Source: a virus
Strand: one strand, 5' to 3'
Virus record (IMG/VR): IMGVR_UViG_3300019754_000001
Span: 1 to 64,000 of that record
DNA: 64,000 nt
In this document: positions 7,420-17,639 of the stretch, in pieces
Layout of the letters: each line of letters starts with the position of its first letter
Numbering within the stretch: the stretch's first letter is position 1
Made by a program: the position numbers and the translations under genes
The notes under the pieces: generated by a model
Told to the model about the DNA's origin: nothing
Databases searched by the model: none
What the model saw: only the letters and a program-made list of their open reading frames with translations

Positions 7420-8382
7420 ATGCAGGGATTTAAACCAGTACTAGGCTCCAATGAAGTTGTCGACTTAGATAACTTAGAGTTTCCTATTATAGGGTTATAT
7501 AAGTACGATGGTATTAGGGGAGAGTTCACCAACAAAGAAAGACTATTATCTAGGGAACTTAAACAAATACCTCAAAAAAAGATAAGAGAACATCCAGCAG
7601 TTATCGAGTTACTTAAGTATGCAAAAGAGCGTAATAAGATAATAGATGCTGAATTATATATCCATGGAATTCCTTTCAATGAACATGTAGTGTTTATAAT
7701 GAGTAAGGACATAGATAGAACGTACTCTTTAAAGATAAAAAAGATGTTAAGAGAGAAAAAATTAACAAACCCTTATAACTTTTATATGAGGATTCCAAGT
7801 AATTTTACTATACGAGTGTTTGACATATTTGATAAGGATAAAGAGTATTTAGAAAGATTAACTAGATTAGCAGTAGACCTTGAAGGTAAACATCCACAGA
7901 TACAGGTAGCTAGGAGACGGATTCTATGGAGTCCTCAAGAAGTAAAAGACTTTATGGACTTAGCTATATCGGAAGGGTATGAAGGAATAGTTCTTAGAAC
8001 ACCTAAAGGTAGGTATAAGACTGGGAGGTCAACTCTAAGAGAACAAATATTCTTAAAACTTAAGCCTTATAGAGAGTTTACAGGAACTGTAATTGCAGTT
8101 AATGAGAAGAGAAAGAATATGGGTGAAAGCTTTGAAAGTAATCTTGGATATGCTGTTAAATCAAAGCAAGAAGAGAATATGGTAACTACTGGAATAGCCG
8201 CTACTGTAACTACTGTATATTTAGGTGAAACTTTAAAAGTTACTTTAACAGGAACAGAGGAGAGTAGAAGAGAGATATTTGAAAATAAAGAAAACTACAT
8301 TGGAAAGAGTTTTAAGTATAGCGGAATGTTATATGGAGCAAAATCTTTACCAAGGCACTCTATTTTCATAGAATGGATTTAA
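7420..8382 (+). CDS. ATP-dependent DNA ligase
   Basis: KYDGIR adenylation motif, DAELY, FDI, EGIVLR, LKLK; start moved to ATG 7420. Confidence 0.92.
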   Translation: MQGFKPVLGSNEVVDLDNLEFPIIGLYKYDGIRGEFTNKERLLSRELKQIPQKKIREHPAVIELLKYAKERNKIIDAELYIHGIPFNEHVVFIMSKDIDRTYSLKIKKMLREKKLTNPYNFYMRIPSNFTIRVFDIFDKDKEYLERLTRLAVDLEGKHPQIQVARRRILWSPQEVKDFMDLAISEGYEGIVLRTPKGRYKTGRSTLREQIFLKLKPYREFTGTVIAVNEKRKNMGESFESNLGYAVKSKQEENMVTTGIAATVTTVYLGETLKVTLTGTEESRREIFENKENYIGKSFKYSGMLYGAKSLPRHSIFIEWI

Positions 8383-9002
8383 AACTACTGATAGAAGAAT
8401 CGTATAAAAAGATAAGAGAAGACCCAACCACAATACCTAAATACAATCCGTTTGAATCTCTAAAAGTCCTAGGACAAATGGCAGAAGTTAAACTGGTTAT
8501 AATAGGGCAAGATCCGTATAATAGTGGAGTTACTGAGGGAGGTAGATTTAAAGATTACCATGATGGATTAGCTTTTAGTAGTAAAAATACTATAAAAACT
8601 CCACCCCCCTTACGCATACTGCATGAGTGGTTTAGGCAAGCTGACCATAGTAACAAGTTGCAGGTTGGAGAGGTTCAAAATGATTTAAGGTACTTACTTG
8701 AAAGGAAAGTATTTTTAATGAATGCACTGTGGACAAGTAGCACTAAAAAAGCAGGCTCACATATGTTTCCTGAATATTATTATATAGATGATGTTGTTTT
8801 AAAGTATATAATATCTAAAAACCCAGATTGTAGATTCCTATTATTGGGAGCTAAGGCAGGGCTTCTTAGGTATACACTGAAAGAGTCTAATGTTCAATTC
8901 ATAGAAGATATACATCCATCTGCAGAAAAGTACACAGATAAAGAATATAGAGGAGGATTAAGTGCAATAAGCAAAGGACTTGGTATAAGATTTACTATAT
9001 GA
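8373..9002 (+). CDS. ung: Uracil-DNA glycosylase, family 1
   Basis: GQDPY, GLAFS, LMN and HPS motifs. Confidence 0.9.
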   Translation: MDLKLLIEESYKKIREDPTTIPKYNPFESLKVLGQMAEVKLVIIGQDPYNSGVTEGGRFKDYHDGLAFSSKNTIKTPPPLRILHEWFRQADHSNKLQVGEVQNDLRYLLERKVFLMNALWTSSTKKAGSHMFPEYYYIDDVVLKYIISKNPDCRFLLLGAKAGLLRYTLKESNVQFIEDIHPSAEKYTDKEYRGGLSAISKGLGIRFTI

Positions 9003-9478
9003 CAGAAAGAGATAGAAAAGAGGAAATAGTATACAAGATATTAAAGGAAGAATATCAAAGGAAGTCCTTCAAACTATACTCTGTTCTAATTAATTATCCT
9101 GATGAAGAGGGAAGTATTACAGAGCAGGTAGTAGTAAGAGCAAAGCATGCTGCAGAAGCTGTACGTGCCGCTACAGAGTTTAGACTACCCCCACTATCAT
9201 TAATGAATGAAGATTGGGAATTCCCTTATCAAGAGTATGGAGTTATAGAGGTTAAAAAGTACAAGATGGTATTAGAATATACCGAAGAGGACATAAGTAG
9301 TATTGTAGGAACTGTCTTATCATTACACTACGCAGAACGCTATGTAAATGGTACTAAAATATCAGATACAGGAAATGAGTTAGATGTGATTAAAAAGATA
9401 GAAGCTATGTATAAACTAGAGCTTTCAAAATTAAAACAAAAATATGCCAGACAGGACTCTAAAAGAAAAGCTAAATAG
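8999..9478 (+). CDS. Hypothetical protein
   Basis: ATGA-coupled ORF. Confidence 0.7.
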   Translation: MTERDRKEEIVYKILKEEYQRKSFKLYSVLINYPDEEGSITEQVVVRAKHAAEAVRAATEFRLPPLSLMNEDWEFPYQEYGVIEVKKYKMVLEYTEEDISSIVGTVLSLHYAERYVNGTKISDTGNELDVIKKIEAMYKLELSKLKQKYARQDSKRKAK

Positions 9479-9710
9479 TGTAGTTCCTAGAGATGGGGCA
9501 TGGACACAAAAAGAATACATCGTAGAGATATTAAAAAAGCAGGAAGGCATTTTTGGCTTCTCTGCATTCCATCAAATGTTATGGAAATATACACTAAGAG
9601 TAGCCACAAGTAGGAAACACTGGGCCAGTATGGCAGAAAATATAACAGGAAATGAAGCATACTACGCTAAGGCACTAGAAATTATGATAGATGAATGTAT
9701 TATTAATTGA
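9444..9710 (+). CDS. Hypothetical protein
   Basis: ORF in operon. Confidence 0.65.
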   Translation: MPDRTLKEKLNSVVPRDGAWTQKEYIVEILKKQEGIFGFSAFHQMLWKYTLRVATSRKHWASMAENITGNEAYYAKALEIMIDECIIN

Positions 9711-10377
9711 CGTAGAGACTATTAATCTTTACGATAAGACAGTCTTTGATTTTTCTTATATTATAGCTGATATAGAAACAAAGGAGATTAAAGAAGAGGG
9801 AGCCTACGTTATAACGGAAGGTTTTGAAAAAATAGACGAAGCTTACTATAGCCAAAATAAACAAGACTATCTAGACATGCTTGAGAGTGGAGAGTACAAG
9901 GAGATAAGTATGGTAGAGTTAAGGGTGATGTTCAATATTTTAGTAAAGAGAAAGGATATTAAATTCTTAAGTGCATTTAATCTTAAGTTTGATGTAGCAG
10001 CTCTTGGATATTCATTTGTTAAGTATGCAGAAGCTAATAAAGCTATGGATTATGAAGGCTTATCTAAGTTTATTACAATACTAGACGTTGGAATAGTCGC
10101 TACCCTCGCTGCAAACACAAGTGGGGAATATGTTAAATTCTGCCTAGAAAATAACTTCACAACAGAGAAAGGAAATATTAAAACAACTGCAGAGGTGTTT
10201 TATAGGTATCTTTTAGATGACCCTACGCATATGGAAAAACATATGGGTAAACAAGATTGTATAGAAGAATTTGAAATACTCTCAGAGTGTTATCCGATGT
10301 TATCAGATAGTGATAAAGAAAAAGCAGAAAAACTATCATTTAAAAAAGCAGTATTTTACAGGTTACTTGAAGTATGA
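9691..10377 (+). CDS. DEDD-family 3'-5' exonuclease
   Basis: LIDVET (ExoI), AFNLKFD (ExoII), HMGKQD (ExoIII). Confidence 0.85.
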   Translation: MNVLLIDVETINLYDKTVFDFSYIIADIETKEIKEEGAYVITEGFEKIDEAYYSQNKQDYLDMLESGEYKEISMVELRVMFNILVKRKDIKFLSAFNLKFDVAALGYSFVKYAEANKAMDYEGLSKFITILDVGIVATLAANTSGEYVKFCLENNFTTEKGNIKTTAEVFYRYLLDDPTHMEKHMGKQDCIEEFEILSECYPMLSDSDKEKAEKLSFKKAVFYRLLEV

Positions 10378-12578
10378 CACAAGAAATTCTTGAATTAAAA
10401 TACCTTAACGGTAAAACAAAAGAACAAAAGTTCAAAGATGTAGCTAAAGTGTTACATAAAGATTGGATGGACTTCTCAGAAGAGTCTATATATGATGCCT
10501 TGTATAATAACTTTATAGTTCTAGGAGGTTCAGTATTGGCTAATGTTGATACACCATCCCCCGTATCTTTATCTAACTGCTTTGTAATAAAGCCACCAGA
10601 TGACTCTTACGAAGATATATTAAGAACTAGTGCAGAGTTGGTTCACCTTATGAAACGTAGGGGAGGTGTTGGAGTAGATATAAGTAACATTAGACCTAAA
10701 GGACTTCCAGTAGATAATGCAGCCAAGACAAGTACCGGGATAGTTCCATTTATGGAAAGGTACAGTAACGATACTAAAGAGGTTGCACAAGATGGAAGGA
10801 GGGGAGCTTTAATGCTCACTATTGACATTAGACATCCTGAAGCTGAAGATTTTATTGATGCAAAGACCAATACTAATAAAGTAACTGGTGCTAATATCTC
10901 AATAAAGCTTACTGATGATTTTATGCAAGCTGCTAAAGAAGGTAAATTATTTACACAAACCTTTCCAATAGGCAGTAAGAATCCAATATTAACTAAAGAA
11001 GTTGATGCGGGTGCGCTACTACTTAAAATAGCAAATAATATAACAAAGTTTGCTGAACCTGGTATATTGTTTTGGGATACTGTATTAGATAATCGAATAG
11101 ATAGATATGCAGAAGACCATAATATACCTGAGCTAAAGACTGTAAGTACAAATCCCTGTGGAGAAGTTCCTTTAAGCCCAGATGACAGCTGTAGATTATT
11201 ACATATCAACTACTATAATATAGTTGACCGTGCTTTTAAACCTGATGCTAAGGTTAGCTTCACAACGTTAAATTTAGTAAGTAGAATGGCTGTTCAGATT
11301 GGAAATTCAATCATAGAAGAAGAACAGAAGAAGATAAAACAAATCCTTAAAAAGGTAGAAAAGTCTGGAAAGTCTAGTATTGAGTATAAGCTGTGGAAAA
11401 GGGTTTTAGCCATGAATAATTACAGAAGGCTTGGAATTGGTAGAACAGGAGTTGCAGATATGTTGGCAGCACTAGGACTTCCATATGGCCCCAATCATCA
11501 ACTAAACAAAATTATACTAGAGAGTTATAATGCAATAGAAAAAGAATCAGAAAGACTTGTAGAAGTATTTGGAGCACTAGAAGGAACCAATCGAGTAAAT
11601 ATTGGATTACACACTGTAGCCCCCGTTGGAACTGGTTCAATACTAGCAGAAGTATCTTCAGGAATAGAACCTGTATTTAGACATGAAGTCTTTAGAAGGA
11701 GACGTGCTAATGAAAATGATACTGAAGTAGAAACTGATAGCAATGGTGAAAGGTGGGTAAAGTACCGTGTTGTACACGCACCTTTCCTTAAGTGGGCTAC
11801 AGTTAAGGGCATTGATCTTAATGTTACGCCATTAGATGAGGCTGTTAAACTGTCTCCTTACTGGGGAAGTATGGCAGACCAAGTAGACCCAGAAAACAAG
11901 TTAGAGGTTCAAAAGGCTTTTCAAGTAGCTACAGACCATTCAATAAGCATAACCCACAACTTTAAAGCTGGAACAGAATCTAAAGTAATATATAAAAGCA
12001 TAATAAAGGCTCATTCCTTAAAGCTTAAAGGGTATACTGCATATGTTGATGGTAGTAGAACTAATATACTTTCAGCTACAGATGACAGCAATAGTGGTAG
12101 AGTTACCGAGTCAGCTGAGGTTCACATGCTTAAAGTGAAAGATGAAATCTTTTATGGTATTGTAGGGCTATCCAGCAAAGGTAATCCTGTAGAGATATTT
12201 TTATTTAAGGATAAGAATATAAAAATAAAAGATTTACAGAATGCAAATATCATAAAGGAAGAGAATGTGGAAGGTAATAAATATCACCTCATCTCTGACA
12301 ATATTGATATTATAGACTTAGCTTCTAGGTATAATAGTGATTATCAATCATTGTATACCAAGTTGATTTCTAGAGCCTTGAGGGCAGGTGTAGCAATACC
12401 GAAAATAATGAAAGATTTTGAATCTACGGACACAAAACTAGGTTCATTTAGGAATGCTATATATAACCTACTCTCATATTACACACAACTCAAATGCGCA
12501 AACTGTGGCAGTATTAAAATAGCCTTTCAAGAGGGCTGTTTGATGTGTCAAGATTGCGGTTATTCAAAATGCGGTTAA
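10374..12578 (+). CDS. nrdJ: Adenosylcobalamin-dependent (class II) ribonucleotide reductase
   Basis: SLSNCFV, RGGVG, QDGRRGALM, TNPCGEVPL, APVGT, C-terminal CxxC...CxxCGYSKC; no nrdB in the window. Confidence 0.93.
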   Translation: MTQEILELKYLNGKTKEQKFKDVAKVLHKDWMDFSEESIYDALYNNFIVLGGSVLANVDTPSPVSLSNCFVIKPPDDSYEDILRTSAELVHLMKRRGGVGVDISNIRPKGLPVDNAAKTSTGIVPFMERYSNDTKEVAQDGRRGALMLTIDIRHPEAEDFIDAKTNTNKVTGANISIKLTDDFMQAAKEGKLFTQTFPIGSKNPILTKEVDAGALLLKIANNITKFAEPGILFWDTVLDNRIDRYAEDHNIPELKTVSTNPCGEVPLSPDDSCRLLHINYYNIVDRAFKPDAKVSFTTLNLVSRMAVQIGNSIIEEEQKKIKQILKKVEKSGKSSIEYKLWKRVLAMNNYRRLGIGRTGVADMLAALGLPYGPNHQLNKIILESYNAIEKESERLVEVFGALEGTNRVNIGLHTVAPVGTGSILAEVSSGIEPVFRHEVFRRRRANENDTEVETDSNGERWVKYRVVHAPFLKWATVKGIDLNVTPLDEAVKLSPYWGSMADQVDPENKLEVQKAFQVATDHSISITHNFKAGTESKVIYKSIIKAHSLKLKGYTAYVDGSRTNILSATDDSNSGRVTESAEVHMLKVKDEIFYGIVGLSSKGNPVEIFLFKDKNIKIKDLQNANIIKEENVEGNKYHLISDNIDIIDLASRYNSDYQSLYTKLISRALRAGVAIPKIMKDFESTDTKLGSFRNAIYNLLSYYTQLKCANCGSIKIAFQEGCLMCQDCGYSKCG

Positions 12579-13009
12579 TGGCAAAAGATGTAAACACAGC
12601 AAGAGGTGATATCAGATTAGAATCACCAATGGACATTCTCAGTGGAGAAAGTGATAAAAAAGTAGTAAAGTTAGTATATGAAGAAATAAGACCTAATACT
12701 GTACTATTAAAACCTATACAACTTCTAGAAAGTACTAAATCTAATTTAGTATCTGTAGATTTAGCACCCATTAAAAGTACAAATGAAGAAGTAGTATTTG
12801 AAGTATTAATGGCAGGAGCTTGTACTGATAAATCTTTTGATATTGAACTTAAGAAGGGAGATAGGGTACTAGTAGCTCACGACTACCTACATGGAGTTAA
12901 GCACCACCCAACATCTCTAGTAGTATCTAACGAGAGAAGTAATCTATTTGGATATTTTGCAGTCCCTCTAGCAGGAGTCATAGCAAGAGTTTCATATAGT
13001 AAGTTATAG
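12578..13009 (+). CDS. GroES-like co-chaperonin
   Basis: TVLLKP...EVLMAG...LKKGDRVLV follows the Cpn10 pattern. Confidence 0.6.
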   Translation: MAKDVNTARGDIRLESPMDILSGESDKKVVKLVYEEIRPNTVLLKPIQLLESTKSNLVSVDLAPIKSTNEEVVFEVLMAGACTDKSFDIELKKGDRVLVAHDYLHGVKHHPTSLVVSNERSNLFGYFAVPLAGVIARVSYSKL

Positions 13010-15262
13010 ATGTACTACTACATATCTGATATAGATAATGTAGCCAATGATGCACCAGTAATAAGAGTTGATATTGATTTTGCAATCAATGCTATAAAGC
13101 CTTATAAACTTCTTTATACAGATACAGAGACAGTATCATTAAATTACCACCACCCAAACCCATTAAGGTTATTACAGATTGGTACAGGTAAAGATGTATT
13201 TATATTTTACACTCAAAATATAGTTCTTGGGGAACTTAAAGACATATTAGAAGACCCTAAAGTTATTAAAATAGTAGTAAATAAGTACTTTGAAATTGGA
13301 ATGCTAAAAAGCATAGGTGTTAATTTAAAAGGGTCTTTTGACCTGTCATTAGCATTTGCTTGCTACAGGATGGGTAAAAACTTAAGGACTGTTAGCAGTA
13401 ATGGTCATGATTACTACATATATTCTTTTGCAGGTATGTATAAAGAATTACTTGATATTGATATAGATAAACAAGAGCAATCTTCATTTATACGAGATAA
13501 TCAAGTATATACAAAAGAGCAGATAATATATGCAGCGAGGGATGTAGAAATACAAGACCTTTACGAGACTATTAAAGATAGGTGCATAAAAATAGGAATA
13601 CTTCATCCAGATTTTAATATGTGGATGCCTGTGAGGGAGCAGTTAAAACTTGGGATTCTAAAGTTTGTAAGTTTAGAAATGATAGCTGCTGATGGCTTTG
13701 CTGAGATGGTATATAATGGTATTCGTATGGATGTTGAAGCTTGGATGTTACTTAATAAAAGTAACAAGTTAAGCCTCATCGAGACAGAAAGAGACCTCAA
13801 TATCAAAGTAGCAGAGGCGATGCCTAAAAGATTGGTTAAGATAGAGCCAATACAGGACACAGTCTATACGCAGTATAACTTATTTGGAGAACCTGAAGAA
13901 AAGGAAGGAAAGAAAGTAGACAAACACAGGATAAACTGGAACTCTAGTAAACAGGTAGGCCCCCTAATAAAGGAGATTGTAGGATTTTTACCTAAAAATC
14001 AAAAGGGTGAAGAAACTACATCTGCTAAGGAACTGAAGAAAGTTCTTAATACCCAACCTGATAATGTATTTGTAAAGCTACTGTTAAAACGATCAACTAC
14101 AGCTAAGATGATATCTTCATTTGGTAGGGCTTTTATAGAGAAGTTTATACACCCCACCACTAAAAGAGTACACACTAGAATAAATCAAGTGTTGGAAACT
14201 GGAAGAGTTGCTTGGTTTCAGCCTAATTTAGCTCAAATACCAGGAAAAAAGGAGTATAGAGATTGTTTTATACCGGCAGAAGGATATGATATAGTTGCCT
14301 GCGATTATTCAGCACAGGAAAGTAGGACTATGGCATACCTTGCTAATGATGTAGAGTTTATAGACTTTTTTGCAAATGGGGATGGTGATAGCCACTCAAT
14401 GATTGCTTCAAAAGTAATGTCTTCTAAGTATGGAATAGATATAGTAGTAGGAAAGCATAGATTAAGTATAAATGCTGAACTGAAAACCTTAGAAGAAGTT
14501 ACTAAATTAGGTAAAGAGCTATATCCAAAAGCAGACATAATAAAAAGAGTAGGAAACTCTATAGTGTTTGAAACAAGTAATGAGGATAACTCTAACCCAC
14601 TAAGGCAAGCAGGAAAGATTTTAAACTTCTTTATATCTTTTGGAGGTAGTGCTTATACATTAAGTAGAGAGCAAGCCATTCCTAAAGAGGAGGCTAAAAC
14701 ACTTATTGATGGTTATTGGAATTCTTTTGGTGGTCTTAAAGACTACTTTGATACTGAAAAGAAGTTAGCGTTAAAGAATGGCTATATAATAGCAGAACCT
14801 ATAACAAACACCATTAGGCATCTACCATCATTTAGAGAGTTAAGAATAGTAACAAATAAGCTCAATAAAGAGAAGAAAGCTTTAATTGACATGTATGGAG
14901 TAAATAAAGCAAAACAGATATATTTTAAGCAGTTAAAAGAGCCTGGAAGTGAATTTAAGTTTTATAATTCGCAGATAAGGAAAATTACTGGAGATATAGA
15001 AAGGGTTGCAATGAATACTCGAATACAAACTACAGCATCAAGAATGACAAAATTAGCTTTAATTCTAATAGAAGAAGATAGAATAAAATACAACTTAGAT
15101 ATGAAGCCAATTTTAACTGTTCATGATGAAATACTTTATGAAGTAAGAGAAAGAACAGAATATGAAGAAATAATTCAAAATAGGATGGAGGAAGCTTCTA
15201 TTATATTAATAGGAGTAGCAATTCCGGCCAAACCAGCTAAAGGCAAGATATGGATACATTAA
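13010..15262 (+). CDS. polA: DNA polymerase family A with 3'-5' exonuclease
   Basis: DTET and YAARD exonuclease motifs; TGR...PNLAQIP; motif A DYSAQESR; motif B KILNF; motif C VHDE. Confidence 0.95.
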   Translation: MYYYISDIDNVANDAPVIRVDIDFAINAIKPYKLLYTDTETVSLNYHHPNPLRLLQIGTGKDVFIFYTQNIVLGELKDILEDPKVIKIVVNKYFEIGMLKSIGVNLKGSFDLSLAFACYRMGKNLRTVSSNGHDYYIYSFAGMYKELLDIDIDKQEQSSFIRDNQVYTKEQIIYAARDVEIQDLYETIKDRCIKIGILHPDFNMWMPVREQLKLGILKFVSLEMIAADGFAEMVYNGIRMDVEAWMLLNKSNKLSLIETERDLNIKVAEAMPKRLVKIEPIQDTVYTQYNLFGEPEEKEGKKVDKHRINWNSSKQVGPLIKEIVGFLPKNQKGEETTSAKELKKVLNTQPDNVFVKLLLKRSTTAKMISSFGRAFIEKFIHPTTKRVHTRINQVLETGRVAWFQPNLAQIPGKKEYRDCFIPAEGYDIVACDYSAQESRTMAYLANDVEFIDFFANGDGDSHSMIASKVMSSKYGIDIVVGKHRLSINAELKTLEEVTKLGKELYPKADIIKRVGNSIVFETSNEDNSNPLRQAGKILNFFISFGGSAYTLSREQAIPKEEAKTLIDGYWNSFGGLKDYFDTEKKLALKNGYIIAEPITNTIRHLPSFRELRIVTNKLNKEKKALIDMYGVNKAKQIYFKQLKEPGSEFKFYNSQIRKITGDIERVAMNTRIQTTASRMTKLALILIEEDRIKYNLDMKPILTVHDEILYEVRERTEYEEIIQNRMEEASIILIGVAIPAKPAKGKIWIH

Positions 15263-15852
15263 TATATAGAGCAGGAATAGGAGACCCTGACTTAATAATT
15301 AGAGCAGTCATAGTTGACATGCTAATAAAGGAAAATCTAGCATTTCACGAAATAATGGCATCTAATAAAGAAAGTGCTATAAAAACAGTAGCTAAAAAGC
15401 TTATAGAAGAAAAAGCTCTTATTTATAACAATGAGTACATTCTAAATAGGACGAATAAAAAAATAGTTAATATACTGACAATTTTAGGATATAGTAAAAG
15501 TAACCTGAATATTAGTAATCTAACTGTAAAATTTAACGAGCTGTTTAGAGGGAAAAGAGGTATAAATAAAGAAGGGTTTACATATCAATTGTCAGAGCCT
15601 TCAAAAACTGCACAATCTTTACAAAAGTTTGTAGCAGCTTATCCTCAATACAATGAAGCAATCATACTTCAAGCAGTAAAAGAGTATTTTAACTCTGCAG
15701 AGGTTAGGGATAGATGCTTTTTCTATTCACCAAAAGCAACAGGCTTCATAGAGGGAACAGAAAATAGTGAGTTCTTAAGAGGATTTTGTGAGTCAGTATA
15801 TAAAAGAGAATCATTACAGAATCTAAATGTAATGGAGGATTACTATGAATGA
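15250..15852 (+). CDS. Hypothetical replication-module protein
   Basis: Lies between polA and the helicase, coupled to both. Confidence 0.65.
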   Translation: MDTLIYRAGIGDPDLIIRAVIVDMLIKENLAFHEIMASNKESAIKTVAKKLIEEKALIYNNEYILNRTNKKIVNILTILGYSKSNLNISNLTVKFNELFRGKRGINKEGFTYQLSEPSKTAQSLQKFVAAYPQYNEAIILQAVKEYFNSAEVRDRCFFYSPKATGFIEGTENSEFLRGFCESVYKRESLQNLNVMEDYYE

Positions 15853-16894
15853 TAAATATTCAATAGTTGATCAATTCTATAAGAGTGTACAAGAAGGAAA
15901 AGAAGGACTTAACACTGGAATACCTTTTACAGTCACGGGACTTAATGATGTGGTAGGTGGTATAATGAAAGACAACTATTACCTTATAATGGGAAAGTCT
16001 AAGACTGGAAAAAGTGCTTTCATGTATACAGAGTTCATTTTTAATATAGCACTGTCTATAGTAAGAGGTGAACTTAAAGAGGAGGACTTCATCATTGAGT
16101 TATATACCCTGGAGATTGGAATAGTAAAAGTATTAGCTAAGGCTGCAGGTTGGTATATTTACATGACGAGAGGAAGTGAGATATCAGTTAAAGCTATATT
16201 GGGATATAGAGGACCCGCTGCTTCTGGTGTTTATGCACTAGTTGAAGGAGATGAAGTTAGAAAGTTTTTAAGAACAATAGAAAGGGTTGTAAAAGTACAC
16301 ACCACTTTAAGTCCTGTAAAACTATTTAACTATATAACTCCAAAGCTAAAAGGACTGTCTTTAAAAATAGGAGTAGACAGCGAAGGTTCGGATATTTATA
16401 GATTTAAAAACCCATCTTTAAATTATTTATTACTTGTAGACCATGTTTCACTGGCGGAGGGTGGAAAAAATACTAAAGATACTATAGATACAGTATCAGG
16501 TTTACTTAGGAGGTATAGAAATGCATTTGGCCTCATAACGGCACTTGTTCAACAGATAACACCAACTAAGGGAGCTGACGGAGTTAAATACACTTACGGC
16601 CATGAGGATGCTAGGGATAGTAAAGATACGTTTCAAGACTGTGACATATGCCTCTCAATTGGAAGTCCTTTTCATGATAAGATTAAATCTGTTCAGTACA
16701 AAGGAGGAATATACCAAGTATTACCAACATTAGCTAATGGAAACATAGGTTTAAAAGACACACTACGACTCATATCAGTAGAAAAAGATAGGAATGGGTC
16801 ATCATCAACACTACTATCTTCTAGATTTGCTGGGGCTGTTGGACATTTTATGGACATCCCCCTCCCAGAAGATATTGAATACGAAGTAGAATAA
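15845..16894 (+). CDS. DnaB-like (SF4) replicative helicase
   Basis: Walker A GKSKTGKS, LEIG, Walker B LLVDH, VQQ, KDRNG. Confidence 0.85.
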   Translation: MNDKYSIVDQFYKSVQEGKEGLNTGIPFTVTGLNDVVGGIMKDNYYLIMGKSKTGKSAFMYTEFIFNIALSIVRGELKEEDFIIELYTLEIGIVKVLAKAAGWYIYMTRGSEISVKAILGYRGPAASGVYALVEGDEVRKFLRTIERVVKVHTTLSPVKLFNYITPKLKGLSLKIGVDSEGSDIYRFKNPSLNYLLLVDHVSLAEGGKNTKDTIDTVSGLLRRYRNAFGLITALVQQITPTKGADGVKYTYGHEDARDSKDTFQDCDICLSIGSPFHDKIKSVQYKGGIYQVLPTLANGNIGLKDTLRLISVEKDRNGSSSTLLSSRFAGAVGHFMDIPLPEDIEYEVE

Positions 16895-17602
16895 ATGGCA
16901 AGAATTGCAGTTATTGGTGGAGCATCGGCTTCAGGTAAAAGTACATCTATGTGCCCTTTTAAAGACGAAGAGATGGGAATAGACATAGTAGGGTTAGATC
17001 CCGATAGAACTATGATAATTAGTGCAGTTAAGAATGAACTACCTGTACTTGGATTAACCGAAGGATATAAAAAGAAAAATAGGTTTATTCAAGAAAATAG
17101 GTATAGTGAGATTCTAGCAATTTTGATGCGTATCATAGAGTCTGCTAAAACAGGCCCACTAAAGATACATAATCTGGTTATAGATGATGCACAATTCTTA
17201 ATGGCATTTGACTTCTTTAACAGGAGAGCAGAAACTGGTTATGATAAATACTCAAAAATTGGATATTCTTTTATTGAGTTAATAGCTATCATAGTAGAAA
17301 AGTTACCAGATGAACTTTGTGTATTTATACTAATGCACACTGAGAAGAATGATAAAGGGATAGAAGACGCCCTTAAAACTATTGGAAAGATGTTAGATGA
17401 GAAGTTTACAATTCCAGGATTATTTAATACTGTTTTAATAGCAGAGAAAGAATTCCAGAAAGGTAAAAAGACAATGAAGTATAGCTTCAGAACTCGCCCT
17501 CATTACATCGAAGACATAGCTAAAAGTCCACTTGGGATGTTTAAGTCAGGTAAGATACCTAACGACCTCAACCTAGTTAGAGAAGGACTTTTAAAATTAT
17601 AA
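16895..17602 (+). CDS. AAA/Sak4-like P-loop ATPase
   Basis: GASASGKSTS, LVIDDAQF, KTIGKMLDEK, AKSPLGMF...IPNDL. Confidence 0.85.
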   Translation: MARIAVIGGASASGKSTSMCPFKDEEMGIDIVGLDPDRTMIISAVKNELPVLGLTEGYKKKNRFIQENRYSEILAILMRIIESAKTGPLKIHNLVIDDAQFLMAFDFFNRRAETGYDKYSKIGYSFIELIAIIVEKLPDELCVFILMHTEKNDKGIEDALKTIGKMLDEKFTIPGLFNTVLIAEKEFQKGKKTMKYSFRTRPHYIEDIAKSPLGMFKSGKIPNDLNLVREGLLKL

Positions 17603-17639
17603 TACCACACACAACAAATTTTTATTTATTATTATCATT

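Noticed and set aside
10374-15262. Group I introns, inteins or homing endonucleases in nrdJ or polA
   Set aside because: Both ORFs are continuous and of normal length; no HNH, GIY-YIG or LAGLIDADG ORFs were recognised.
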